Shown: one piece after another, positions 1 through 10,521 of the stretch | Layout: each line of letters begins with the position of its first letter | Position numbering within the stretch: the stretch's first letter is position 1 | Assembly (NCBI RefSeq): GCF_018977255.1 | Contig: NW_024705396.1 | Location: 1-48,306 of the forward strand | Reading direction: 5' to 3' | Length of the DNA stretch: 48,306 bases | DNA from: Callorhinchus milii | Lineage: Eukaryota | The notes under the pieces: generated by a model | Told to the model about the DNA's origin: nothing | Databases searched by the model: none | The model's input: the letters and a program-made list of their open reading frames with translations, nothing else | Program-made: the position numbers and the translations under genes

Positions 1-250
1 GCAGGCTTAGAGGGAGACAGAACACACTAAATTAAATAACCTAGCAAAGTATCGAAATGTTATGTAAAACGACACAGAGAGTCGGTCAACACACAATTAA
101 CGCATTGCCTGGTCGATTACGTATTTCAAAGATTGCTAAGTTAGAATTTAAGTGTGAAAATTCCAAAGAAAGACAAAACATAAAAAAGAGGAACGGAGAC
201 ACACAGACAGAGCAGATAGTTTTCTGGTTATTTCTATGTCGCTATTTATT

Positions 251-293
251 ATACCTGATGATGATTGCTTGTGTTGCAATCGAAACGTCGTAT
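251..293 (+). ncRNA. Type I minimal hammerhead ribozyme
   Basis: Stem I ATAC(251-254)/GTAT(290-293); core CTGATGA 255-261; stem II GATTGC(263-268)/GCAATC(276-281); GAAA 282-285; palindromic ACGT stem III; GTC cleavage triplet ending at 289. Confidence 0.8.
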
Positions 294-950
294 GCTATTA
301 TTTAATTTATTATTTTATTTTTATACGTGACTTTACCGAAAAAAACCAAAGAATAATTCCTGCAGTCACGAAAGCTCCAAAATTAAGATTGAACCACTTC
401 TACGGGGAAGTTCCAAGTTTACCTTTTTCTCTCTCTCTGGTTTCTTGTTCTCTCTCTCTGCCTGTATATTTAGTGTAATTTTCTCTGTCTACACTCGTTT
501 TGTATCGTTCTTAGGTTCTGCTCTGTCTGTGTGTCTCCGTTCCTCTTTTTTATGTTTTGTCTTTCTTTGGAATTTTCACACTTAAATTCTAACTTAGCAA
601 TCTTTGAAATACGTAATCGACCAGGCAATGCGTTAATTGTGTGTTGACCGACTCTCTGTGTCGTTTTACATAACATTTCGATACTTTGCTAGGTTATTTA
701 ATTTAGTGTGTTCTGTCTCCCTCTAAGCCTGCTTACCTTACTCCCCTCCCTTCGTACTCATTGACATGTAAATGTTTTCCCTACCCCTCCCTCTCTCTGC
801 CTCCGCCCCCTCTGTCTATTTAAGGCCACCCCACAGAGACGATCACCTCTCTCTGTACCTGGGTTGCTCTCTCTATGTATCTTGGTGATATCTGTCTGCT
901 TATATGTCTGTCTATAGTTTTCTGGTTATATTCTATGTCGCTATTTTATT

Positions 951-993
951 ATACCTGATGATGATTGCTTGTGTTGCAATCGAAACGTCGTAT
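951..993 (+). ncRNA. Type I minimal hammerhead ribozyme (second copy)
   Basis: Identical to 251-293, 700 nt downstream. Confidence 0.8.
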
Positions 994-1506
994 GCTATTA
1001 TTTAATTTATTATTTTATTTTTATACGTGACTTTACCGAAAAAACCAAAGAATAATTCCTGCAGTCACGAAAGCTCCAAAATTAAGATCGTCTTCAAATC
1101 GTTTCATTAATGTAATAATCCCCGCAGCACTGGTGTCACGTCTACATTTGACTACCCAGCCTCACCCTCTCCACTCCAGGCTTAACAGAACTCCCACTGA
1201 CATCTGACCCCAGTTTGTCTATTGTCTCATTAATTTGTTTAATTGGTCCAACCGACAGCCTCGTGGCTGCCCGCAGATCACGCCGCACGTCACAGCCACG
1301 AGCTGTAGGGGCGGGGCTCCGTCCACTCAGTGGTGCTGTTAACGTTCACATTCAGCAGCACGAGTCGGGAGTCTCATCTCTGCAGTTCCCCGTTGTGGTG
1401 CCACCTCCCTATATCATGTAGCCTCTCAATTTCTTCATTTCACGATGATTGTGTTTCACTGCACAAAACGGTACCTACGGCCTTTTTACGATATTTAGTG
1501 GGAACG

Positions 1507-1733
1507 GCCATCTTGGTAAGGGTAATGTAAAGGGCTAGCTGAGCCCGAGAAGCCCCAGTGAAGAGGCACAAACAACCATCTTCATAAGGGAAAACAAGGC
1601 CCCTGAGATTTGATAGGACCTGCCATCTTGGATAGGGCAGTGCAAGGGGCCGCCACTCTCAGGGAAATAGGAGCAGCCATCTTGGTAAGGGACAGTGTGA
1701 CCGTGACGTAGATTGGCGGGAATCGCCATCTTG
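1507..1733. repeat. Degenerate array of (G/A)CCATCTT units, YY1-site-like
   Basis: Motif at 1507, 1575, 1622, 1676 and 1725, mostly followed by (G/A)(T/A)(A/T)AGGG; spacing 47-68 bp. Also present in the duplicate at ~27439-27665. Confidence 0.55.
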
Positions 1734-1750
1734 TAGAGAGACAGGAGACA

Positions 1751-2847
1751 CGGACAGGCTTGGATAGGAGCAATCGTGACAATGATTGGTGCCGCTATGA
1801 AAGTTACTCTACTTTTTATCACAGTCAGTACAAGTGCAGGGAGAGTTGCCACTCGTCGAATCGCTGTCGATTCCCGTCACAAATTGATGTTTACCTCAAA
1901 TATTAGTGTCACCACGTGGCCCGGGGGGGGGGGGTCTGTGTAGGCACGCGGGAAGGCCGCGCGCCCTCCGTGTGTCTGCAGAGACGAGAGACGAGGAACG
2001 AGAGACGCGTCGCTCAACAGCGACAGTGTCGCGCCTCGCAGTCGGCTGCTTCTGCCGTTGTCTTCTCTCCACTGCTGGATGAAGGCATCTTCCACCGCTC
2101 TCGCCGCTCACGGTCCATCGCTCCCACCGTGCGTCCGTCTCTTGCTGCTCGTCGTCAACTCGTTCCATGGCTCCGTCTCCGCAGTGGAAAGGGCCGCAGT
2201 TAAAGTGTCACTTTGTGCGTGCAGCAGGTACGTGAAATAAAGGCCGCTGGGTTGATTACATGTGTTGTGCTTCGAGGTGAGTGCTGGTGGGATGCGGTTA
2301 GCGCTTGTACGGGTAGAGTTATTTGGTTAAGGATTTAACACAAATGTAGCATTCTGAGGTAAATCTTGAACATTACAGATTTAAGTTGCAAATGTCAACA
2401 TTCATAGTAACAGTTATATAGTTTAGTCTCTAAACTCGTAAGTATGACTAGAATCAAAAGTGGATATGATGGGTGAAAATTCTGTATTAAAATTATAACT
2501 TAAATACAGCATTTATAGCTGTTAAAGTCTATAAAAGCATGTTGAATATGTGATATGTATATTAAAACACAATAACATAGTTCCGTAGCTTACACGATTA
2601 TAAAAGCTCATTTGCATTTTTGTATATGGTTACAAGCAAATATGATAGTGAAATATGCTGTAATTAAAGTTTTGTGGCACATTATTATTTGTCTTAAGGC
2701 TTAAAGCATAAAACTGTAATGGTTTAACAATTTTACAATAATTATATAATATACCATTACCTTGAATAAATTAAACCACATCAGAAAGGAACTTGTTAAA
2801 CGTTTATTTGATTAAAAGTGACTGCTGTATTAATTTATATAATTACT
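1751..2847 (+). repeat. 1.1-kb direct duplication, copy 1 (copy 2 at 4227-5328)
   Basis: Both copies start at CGGACAGGCTTGGATAGG and end at ATAATTACT. They are near-identical in the 5' half and show scattered differences in the AT-rich half. Confidence 0.9.
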
Positions 2848-3140
2848 AGCGGAAGTACCCGGCTTTGCCCGGGTGAAAAATATATTTCTTAAAAACCTTA
2901 CATATATATATACACAGATACTAATGTATTGTCAAAGCCCGATGGGCTGTTTGTACATTTCTCCACCAACAAATATATAAGAGGCTTTCACAAGTCCAAA
3001 AAGTTGTAGAAAGTGTGGGGTAAATAGTTGATGTCAAAATGTTTCTGAAAATTGTGGTCTCCCCCCCCCCCCTCAAAAATATCTTTACCCCTCGTAGGTA
3101 TATATACTAACAACACCTTACATACAACAGAGGAAGTGGT
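2846..3140 (-). mobile_element. Non-autonomous Helitron 3' end
   Basis: On the minus strand, hairpin ACCCGG-gcaaag-CCGGGT (2857-2874) is followed shortly by a CTAG|T terminus at 2846-2849, the canonical Helitron 3' signature. The 5' boundary is uncertain and may extend through the minisatellites. Confidence 0.7.
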
Positions 3141-3810
3141 ATCTATTGACTCTGTAGTAGTATCTACTGACTGTACCGTAGTATCTACTGAGCCATGTGT
3201 AGCTACTGACTGTGTAGTAGTATTTAGTGACTGTAATAACTACTGACCATAGTAGTATTTACTGGGCCTACAGTAGTATCTACCGACTATATACTCGTAA
3301 CGACTAACTGTATAGTATCTGCTGACTCTATAGTGTATCCACTGACTATAGTAGTAACTACAAAATCTATAGCAGTATCTACTCACTCTATAATAGTATC
3401 TACTGACTCTAGTAGCTACTCACCGTAGCAGTATGTACTGACTGTATAGTAGTATATACTGACTGTAGCAGTATTGACTGACTGTAGTGGTATATACTGA
3501 CTGTTTTAGTATTTACTATAGCGGTATCTACCAACTCAATAGCAGTATCTACTATCACTACAGCAGTGTATACCGACTGAGGTCGTACCTGCTATCACTA
3601 CAGCAGTGCATACTGCTGTGTTGGTACCTGCTATGATTACAGCAGTGCATACTGCTGTGTTGGTACCTGCTATGATTACAGCAGTGCATACTGCTGTGGT
3701 ACCTGCTATGATTACAGCAGGCATACTGCTGTGGTGGTATCTGCTATGATGAGAGGAGTACATATTGTGGTGGTGGTACCTGGTATGATAACAGCAGTGC
3801 ATATTGACTG
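3140..3810. repeat. Degenerate minisatellites (~21-bp GTAGTAGTATCTACTGACT-type, then ~39-bp TACCTGCTATGATTACAGCAGTGCATACTGCTGTG-type)
   Basis: Tandem units are directly visible. Confidence 0.85.
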
Positions 3811-4222
3811 TACTCATCATTCACCCTCACCATTCACCACTCACAACTCACCCTTACCACTCATCCTCACCACTCACCACTCCCACTCACTATTCACCAT
3901 TCACCCTCACAACTCACCACTCACCAACCTCCCTCACCAATCTCCATCACCACTCACCCTCACCACTCACCCTCAAAACTAACCACTCTATCACCACTCA
4001 CCCTCACCACTCAGCACTCACCCTCACCACTCACCCTCACCACTCACGCTCACCCCCTCACCCTCACCACTCACCCATCACCACTCACAACCGCCACTCA
4101 CCCTCACCACTCACCCTGACCACTCATCCTCACCAATCACACCCTCACCACTCACCCGCACTGCTCACCCTCACCACTCACGCTCACCCTCACCACTCAC
4201 CCCTCACTAATCACCACTCATA
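3811..4222. repeat. C/A-rich (CTCACCACTCACC)n minisatellite
   Basis: Tandem CACCACTCACCCT-like units; these explain the His/Pro/Thr-rich ORFs. Confidence 0.9.
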
Positions 4223-4226
4223 ACCG

Positions 4227-5328
4227 CGGACAGGCTTGGATAGGAGCAATCGTGACAATGATTGGTGCCGCTATGAAAGTTACTCTACTTTTTATCACAG
4301 TCAGTACAAGTGCAGGGAGAGTTGCCACTCGTCGAATCGCTGTCGATTCCCGTCACAAATTGATGTTTACCTCAAATATTAGTGTCACCACGTGGCCCGG
4401 GGGGGGGGTCTGTGTAGGCACGCGGGAAGGCCGCGCGCCCTCCGTGTGTCTGCAGAGACGAGAGACGAGGAACGAGAGACGCGTCGCTCAACAGCGACAG
4501 TGTCGCGCCTCGCAGTCGGCTGCTTCTGCCGTTGTCTTCTCTCCACTGCTGGATGAAGGCATCTTCCACCGCTCTCGCCGCTCACGGTCCATCGCTCCCA
4601 CCGTGCGTCCGTCTCTTGCTGCTCGTCGTCAACTCGTTCCATGGCTCCGTCTCCGCAGTGGAAAGGGCCGCAGTTAAAGTGTCACTTTGTGCGTGCAGCA
4701 GGTACGTGAAATAAAGGCCGCTGGGTTGATTACATGTGTTGTGCTTCGAGGTGAGTGCTGGTGGGATGCGGTTAGCGCTTGTACGGGTAGAGTTATTTGG
4801 TTAAGGATTTAACACAAATGTAGCATTCTGAGGTAAATCTTTAACATTACAGATTTAAGTTGCAAATGTCAACATTCATAGTAACAGTTATATAGTTGAG
4901 GTTCTTCTCTAAACTTGTAAGTATGACTAGAATCAAAAGTGGATATGATGGGTGAAAATTCTGTATTAAAATTATTATTGAAATACAGCATTTATAGCTG
5001 TTAAGTGTATAAAAGCATGTTAAATATGTGATATGGATATTTAAATACTCACAATAACATAGTTCCGTAGCTTACACAATAAAAAAAACTAATTTGCATG
5101 TTATAGTTACAAGCAAATATGATAGTGAAATATGCTGTAATGAAAGTTTTGAGGCAATTCATTAATTATTTGTCTTAAGGCTTAAAGCATAATACTGTAA
5201 TGGTTTAACAATTTTACAATAATTATATAATATACCATTACGTTTAATACATTAAACCAGATCAGAAAGTAACTTGTTAAACGTTTATTTGATTAAAAGT
5301 GACTGCTGTATTAATTTATATAATTACT
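4227..5328 (+). repeat. 1.1-kb direct duplication, copy 2
   Basis: Matches 1751-2847. Its variants (e.g. TATAGTTGAGGTTCTTCTCT) are shared with the single copy at 27683-28783. Confidence 0.9.
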
Positions 5329-5929
5329 CGCCACCAATCACAGTGGCGGATATTTGAAGCGGTGCTGGGCGTCTCCTAGGTCGACTCAGCCTTCGAATGA
5401 GTGACCTGGTGCGGTGTGTAAATATCAGCACTGGGGAGACACAGAGGGGGTCGGGGGTAGTTTTGGCCACCCACCCCCTCATGTGCCGTCTTTGTCTTCT
5501 TCATAGGTGCTCGGGAACAGCACTTGCCCCAACAGTCTGTTAAGTTCATGTCGGGTTCTTTGTATTGGCCCGCAAAAACTCCTATGCGGTCTTCAGTAAG
5601 GAAAAAGTTCCCTGCCCACTGCTTTCTTCAACGTTGGTATGTAAAAACAAACTTATTTTAAGAACGACAGGCCCACTGGCCTCATCACACGGATAGAAAT
5701 TGAAGATCATGAGAACAGAAGAATTGATGAGTTGGAGTACAACAACTTCGTGGACAAGCTGGGTTTATTTACAAAATGTTTCTCTACATTCTTCGAGAAA
5801 GGACTGATTATCATATCAAATATCATTATGCGTATCGCCTTTGTAGACTCTGAAAGGGCATTGGCTCAGTTACTATGTATACAGTCTGCGAGTACTGCAA
5901 TAACTAAATAAATATAATGTCTAGTTTAC

Positions 5930-6022
5930 AGCGCCTGTGTCAGTCCCCTGCTGGATGAAGGCCTCCCCACGCCATGTTGGCGATGGTTGACCATACTTCC
6001 CCCACGCTGTTCAGTGTTGGTG
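5930..6022 (-). mobile_element. RTE-clade LINE/SINE 3'-tail fragment
   Basis: Minus strand reads GGGGAGGCCTTCATCCAGCAG (GEAFIQQ-like RTE C-terminal motif). Related CTGCTGGATGAAGGC fragments occur at ~2070, 4545, 6728, 13470 and 14945, and in reverse at ~39950. Confidence 0.5.
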
Positions 6023-6278
6023 AAGGTGAGCAGGGTGGGGGGGGAGAAGGAGGAGTGGGCAGGATCGGTTCTGGTATTACTTTCCACTGTTAACCGTGGC
6101 CATAAATCAAACTCCGGTTGCTCAGTTCATAACACAGTACGTTAACCACTGCACCACCGCTCCCCTCGCCAGTGAAGCCAGCCACACTCGTCACGAGAAG
6201 AGACGACGACCAGTGGTCGAGACTAACGACGGAGAGACACCCAAAGGGTGTGAACGCGCCCGCGGAGAGGAAATCCAG

Positions 6279-6560
6279 CGCGGAGATGGAGCGATGAGAT
6301 CAGTTCACGCGCTGGAGATGACATGGATTGTTCGATTCCCGCTCACGACCACCAACAGCAGGTGACGATTATCTTAACCGGTTGTGGGCCTCCCCTAGGT
6401 CGACTCAGCCTCAAATGAGTTCCCGGTGCGGTGTGCAGTAAACACGTGATTGTTGACCACCCGTCCCCTCGTGTGCCCTGCCGGCTTTCATAGGTGCTGC
6501 TTACTCGCTCTAACAGCACTTGCCGCAACAGTCTGTTACAGGCTACACGGAGGATCTTTT
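6279..6560 (+). mobile_element. tRNA-derived SINE (GGTCGACTCAGCC-containing family)
   Basis: B box GTTCGATTCC at ~6329, central GGTCGACTCAGCC block, and tail CAACAGTCTGTTACAGGCTAC. Same family as 5340-5545, 14030-14770 and 44690-44930. Confidence 0.7.
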
Positions 6561-6889
6561 CCTTGTCACCAGATTTGTGCGTCTTACTTTCCGGCGCGTC
6601 TCATGGGTTTCGGGGAATGTGGCTGTAAGCAACCGTCTCTGTGATTTCTGTGCCTCTGTAGATTCACAAAACTCAGAGGGAGAGTGCCGCCGCGTGTTGC
6701 AGTCGGCTCCTGCCATTGTCTCTCCACTGCTGGATGAAGGCATCGTCCACCAGTCGCCCTCGCTCACGGTCCATCGCTCCCACCGTTCGTCCATCTCTTG
6801 CACGTGAACTCATTCATCGCTTCGTCTCCACAGGGGTCGTCCTTTACGGTATTGTTTTAGGTTTACATTTTGTGTCTGGGTTGTAATGT

Positions 6890-7220
6890 ACTGGGGCGTG
6901 GTGTAAAGTGAGTATTGTATGTGGAGTGTGTCGTGCAGTGTGGTATACAGTGTAGTGTTGTGTATAGTGTAGTGTCTGTAGTTTGTGGTTTATCGTGTAG
7001 TGTCCGTAAGTGTGGTGTATAGTGTGCAATAACGTGGATAGTACAGTCTGTGTCATATCTAGTGTAGTGTGAAGTGTCAAGTATGGTATGAATAGTGTGT
7101 TGTACAGTGTATATTGTGTACTGTGTGTGGTTTATGTGGTGTTGCATATAGCGTGTATAATAAATTCCATGTGATGGAAAGTGTAGCCTATGTGGCGTAA
7201 TGTATAGTGTAGTGTGGCGA
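6890..7220. repeat. GTGTA/GT-rich low-complexity repeat
   Basis: Degenerate (GTGTA)n; paralogous tracts at ~15110-15430 and ~30350-30680. Confidence 0.8.
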
Positions 7221-8526
7221 CAAATACATTTCCTAGGGGTTGAGCCATACTTCATCACGCTGGTGAGTGCCTGGTGGTAGCAGGATCGGTTCAGATATTA
7301 CGAGCCAGTGATGCTCCCCATAGCTGGCAATTAAATTGAGATTGTTGGCTTCATAGACTCTGTCATGGAGCTCTTGTGGTATTGCAGCCACACACTGTTG
7401 GTCATTGTATATTTACGTGCGGAATTAATGCATTCAAATGTAGCGGCTGTAATCGAGCTATTTAGTCCATGGGCCAGAGCTGTAATTGATACAACGTTAG
7501 GTAGCATGTTTAGTCACACCTTCGGATAAATACGCCTAATGAGTGTGTTACTTGATAACCGACACCTGCGATTAGCACACTAGGCTACATACGGTGCGAA
7601 AGAAAGTCAACATGCATACACCACCACTCATTTCAAATGTTTATCAAATAATTCACTGTTTTTGCCCTCACATTTGGAATTTGCAACCACTGAAGTGATG
7701 ACATCTCGTGGATTCAGTGGGTATCTGAACTGCATGGCAAAACAGCCATCAAAATTCACTACTTTATTAAACACAGAAATAATGCAGTAGTCATTTCATC
7801 GGTTCACGTTGCTGTATGGATGTCCCTTGGCTATTAGATCTGAACATGGCCTTACGAACTACATACAGAATCATACCCAAGAATAGGAATTTGATTCATA
7901 CTTTTTTATTTTAAAGTACGTATTTTTGTATTCACAAAATTATAAAATGTACACATTTACAATGGTAATAATCTTCTTTGTGGATGTGGTGCTGGCGCTT
8001 CTGGGCTGTGTTGTGTCAGCGGTATTCATCAGGACCCGGTGTGCATCGCCCTTGCAGTGGTGGCAGCGGTGGTGGTAGGGGCAGCAACTTGACCACATCC
8101 CTCGTGTGATATCATCCATCAGTGATCACGGTTGATCTCCGGGGTCAGGGTCGTCGCTGCCGCCTCTTGATGCCATTTCCCATGGCCGCCGTTGATTTGA
8201 CTGCACACGGGTATGGCCTTCATCTCTGGGGACCTGCACACAGCACATGGAACGACCGCTACGTGAGTTTCATTGGCCCAAAGGGCAACCTGGTGAACTT
8301 CCTGTGAGTTTCAACAGAGATCGAGCCTTAACAGCAAAGGTGGAAGGCAACCTGCCCAACTTAGGTAAAAATGAAAATGATAACGGCGTGGCTCTGAAAT
8401 TTCTTGCTCATGCCACTGCTGGCAGAAAGTCCTCGAGTAGACACACTCTGGATGATATTTGGTCTGCTCTTCAACATTGACCACACTTGTGGGCATACCC
8501 ACAAATACAACTCGTGGGTAACTCAC

Positions 8527-8627
8527 CGGACGTAGAAGAGGATGTATGCCTGTTTCTCCATGACCACCCTGGTGTCGACCGGCGTCACCAAGTCGTCGTC
8601 CATCCGGAACCATCTCCCATCGCAGAT
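8527..8627 (-). pseudogene. USP C-terminal catalytic-domain exon
   Basis: CAG|...|GTGAGT, 101 bp, translating as ICDGRWFRMDDDLVTPVDTRVVMEKQAYILFYVR (W-x-x-x-D-D and AYxLFY motifs). Confidence 0.9.
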
Positions 8628-9086
8628 CTGTATGCAAACAACATCGAAGATTAATTACGACGATCATCCAATTGCACCTGAACTATGCATATATTCGTAA
8701 AATGACACATGAGGAACAGAGGTGACCCTCTTATTACACCTATTATTGTATTGTCCTATAAGTTGAGTAATCGAACCGATAATCCATAAAATAATTGATT
8801 ACATTTGAAAGTTAAAATCCTGGTTGGGACTTCACTTGGTCCATCATCTATCCAGGGTCAATAAAGTAATTACACATTTTTGGTGAAGTCAACAGTGGTT
8901 CTATGCATACGCTCTCCCTCGGTCACAGGAAAGGGGAATTTTCACCACTGGCTCAGGCCTATAAATGGGAGATGAGCAGCACCTCATGGCTCATAGGAGC
9001 AGGATTTCTTCACTGAATCGAATTATTTAAAGGATCTACGCGTACGAATGATTGGCGTGTGTTTGTGTGGTAATGCAGTACATCAC

Positions 9087-9227
9087 CTTGTTGTAACAGT
9101 AATGTCCCTCTGTGCTGCATTTCCCAGAGTGCACAAGGACCGAGTATAACCTGTACACTACAGGGTCTGCGTCCTCCTGCTGCGACATGAATGGCCGCAC
9201 GTCCAGGTGCTGTGGGTACGGGCAATC
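9087..9227 (-). pseudogene. USP His-box exon
   Basis: CAG|...|GTGATG, 141 bp, translating as DCPYPQHLDVRPFMSQQEDADPVVYRLYSVLVHSGKCSTEGHYCYNK. Confidence 0.9.
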
Positions 9228-9339
9228 CTGCAGTGGTGAGGGAGGAAGCAGTGATGCAGAAGCAGAGATGGTGTTAGGTGGGGAAGAGGAGAAGAATGAT
9301 GCAGAGTCTAGTTCTTTATTATAATTTTTGTGCTACTAT

Positions 9340-9575
9340 ATGTTTTACTTTACCAGATAATGCTGACTGGGCTTCATAGCTCTTTATCAGAATCGATCTA
9401 GCCACAAATGATATCTCAACGAAGTGGCTTATCACGTGGATAGTTATAGCAGTCAAATACTCTAGCAGCAACTGGAGGACCCGGAGAAAAATACACGTGA
9501 ACACAGGGAGAACATGCAAACTCCAAATATACAGGCATTGGGATTGGGAATAAACCCACGACCTCCTGTATACTA
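9340..9575 (-). mobile_element. 5'-truncated V-SINE-type element
   Basis: Minus strand TGGAGTTTGCATGTTCTCCCTGTG...CTCCGGGT is the V-domain. Same family as 13567-13867 and 46974-47269. Confidence 0.75.
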
Positions 9576-9756
9576 GGGGAGATCAGGTAGTTTGCCAGTT
9601 GTGCGGTGTAAGTGAGGCACTGCAGGGTGGCATTGAGGAAACAGGTGTTCCCCATGTTGTCAAGGCCAGCACCCTCGCATGCGTTCCACTGACACGTGAG
9701 GCTCAGGTTTTCCCCCGATTCCGGTGCGAATCATGGAGCTTCATTATCGTTCTTAT
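9576..9756 (-). pseudogene. USP Cys-box exon (premature stop, 3'-truncated)
   Basis: Translates as ...[55 protein letters not shown], closely resembling the USP36/42/17 Cys box. It is fused directly to a SINE. Confidence 0.9.
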
Positions 9757-10521
9757 CTGCGCACAAAATACATACGAAATTTTCTGTTAACACTCGAGGC
9801 ACTTCGGAGACTGGCTCGAAAGTTGCGTGGTAAAGCCAGAATTTGTGATATCATTGTTTTAGCGGTGCTCTTTATTAACCCTTTCACAAGCATGTATTTT
9901 TCAACTCTAGGTGACCCTGCAGTGAGCTGTTTTTTGACATCATTTCTGTAAACGTGGTCAAGGTAACAATATTCGTAATGAATTAATAGGGCGTGAACCT
10001 AGTCCTTGTCCGATATTTTACTTTTCCATATTTTATCACTAGAGGTGTGTGTACCTTGCAGTGAAATATTGGTACCAGTTACAGAAGGGCATCGATGTAT
10101 CCCGTGATAAATAAATATTCATATTCTGAATGTACATTGATTTCCCTCCATAAATGGTGTCTCATGGCTTCGTGCAAATTTTTGCCAACCAGATTAAACA
10201 CAAGTATGTAACAATGTACATTATGCAAAAATCTGAAAATTAAAAGATGAATCCTAAATAATCAAGAAATATTTTAATCTCAAAAACATCCCTACTACAG
10301 AGTCACCTATTTTCAGTTGCACCATAATGAGGTTTTTGCTGAGGCAGTTTTTGAACGCAGTCCTAAATGCCTGTAACGTCAATCGGCCCATAGTGAAATT
10401 ATAGTAGCTAAGAGTTAACACCTTTTTTTGGATTGAACAAGGTGTTACGAACTTCGGAAAAGAGATCATGGGAGGGAATTCAAAAGTCAAGATGGAGGTT
10501 ACATTGGCACAAGCTGCTTAC

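Larger units (their letters stand above)
1..1088 (+). mobile_element. Penelope-like element (PLE) 3' end / pseudo-LTR in tandem-plus-inverted arrangement
   Basis: 1-216 is the reverse complement of 517-732, and 216-389 is a direct repeat of 914-1088. Both direct copies contain a minimal hammerhead ribozyme. Partial tandem plus inverted ends carrying hammerheads are characteristic of PLEs. No RT/GIY-YIG ORF is retained. Confidence 0.7.

Noticed and set aside
57..676. Repeated MLCKTTQR... ORF on both strands
   Set aside because: A by-product of the PLE inverted repeat, with different C-termini in each copy.
1507..1733. CRISPR-like repeat-spacer array
   Set aside because: The repeats are short and degenerate, spacing is irregular, there are no cas genes, and the context is eukaryotic.
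3536..4223. His/Pro/Thr-rich and AVCTAVIIAGT-repeat ORFs
   Set aside because: These are translations of minisatellites.
5560..5910. Possible coding remnant (IEIEDHENRRIDELEYNNF...)
   Set aside because: No recognisable domain; conservation with ~13060-13430 is explained by the duplication.
6844..7258. Thr/His/Tyr-rich ORFs (also at 15062-15467 and 30300-30714)
   Set aside because: These are translations of a GTGTA low-complexity repeat.
7430..7520. C2H2-like pattern FKCSGCN...H-x3-H on the plus strand
   Set aside because: Several in-frame stops, atypical spacing and no supporting exon structure.
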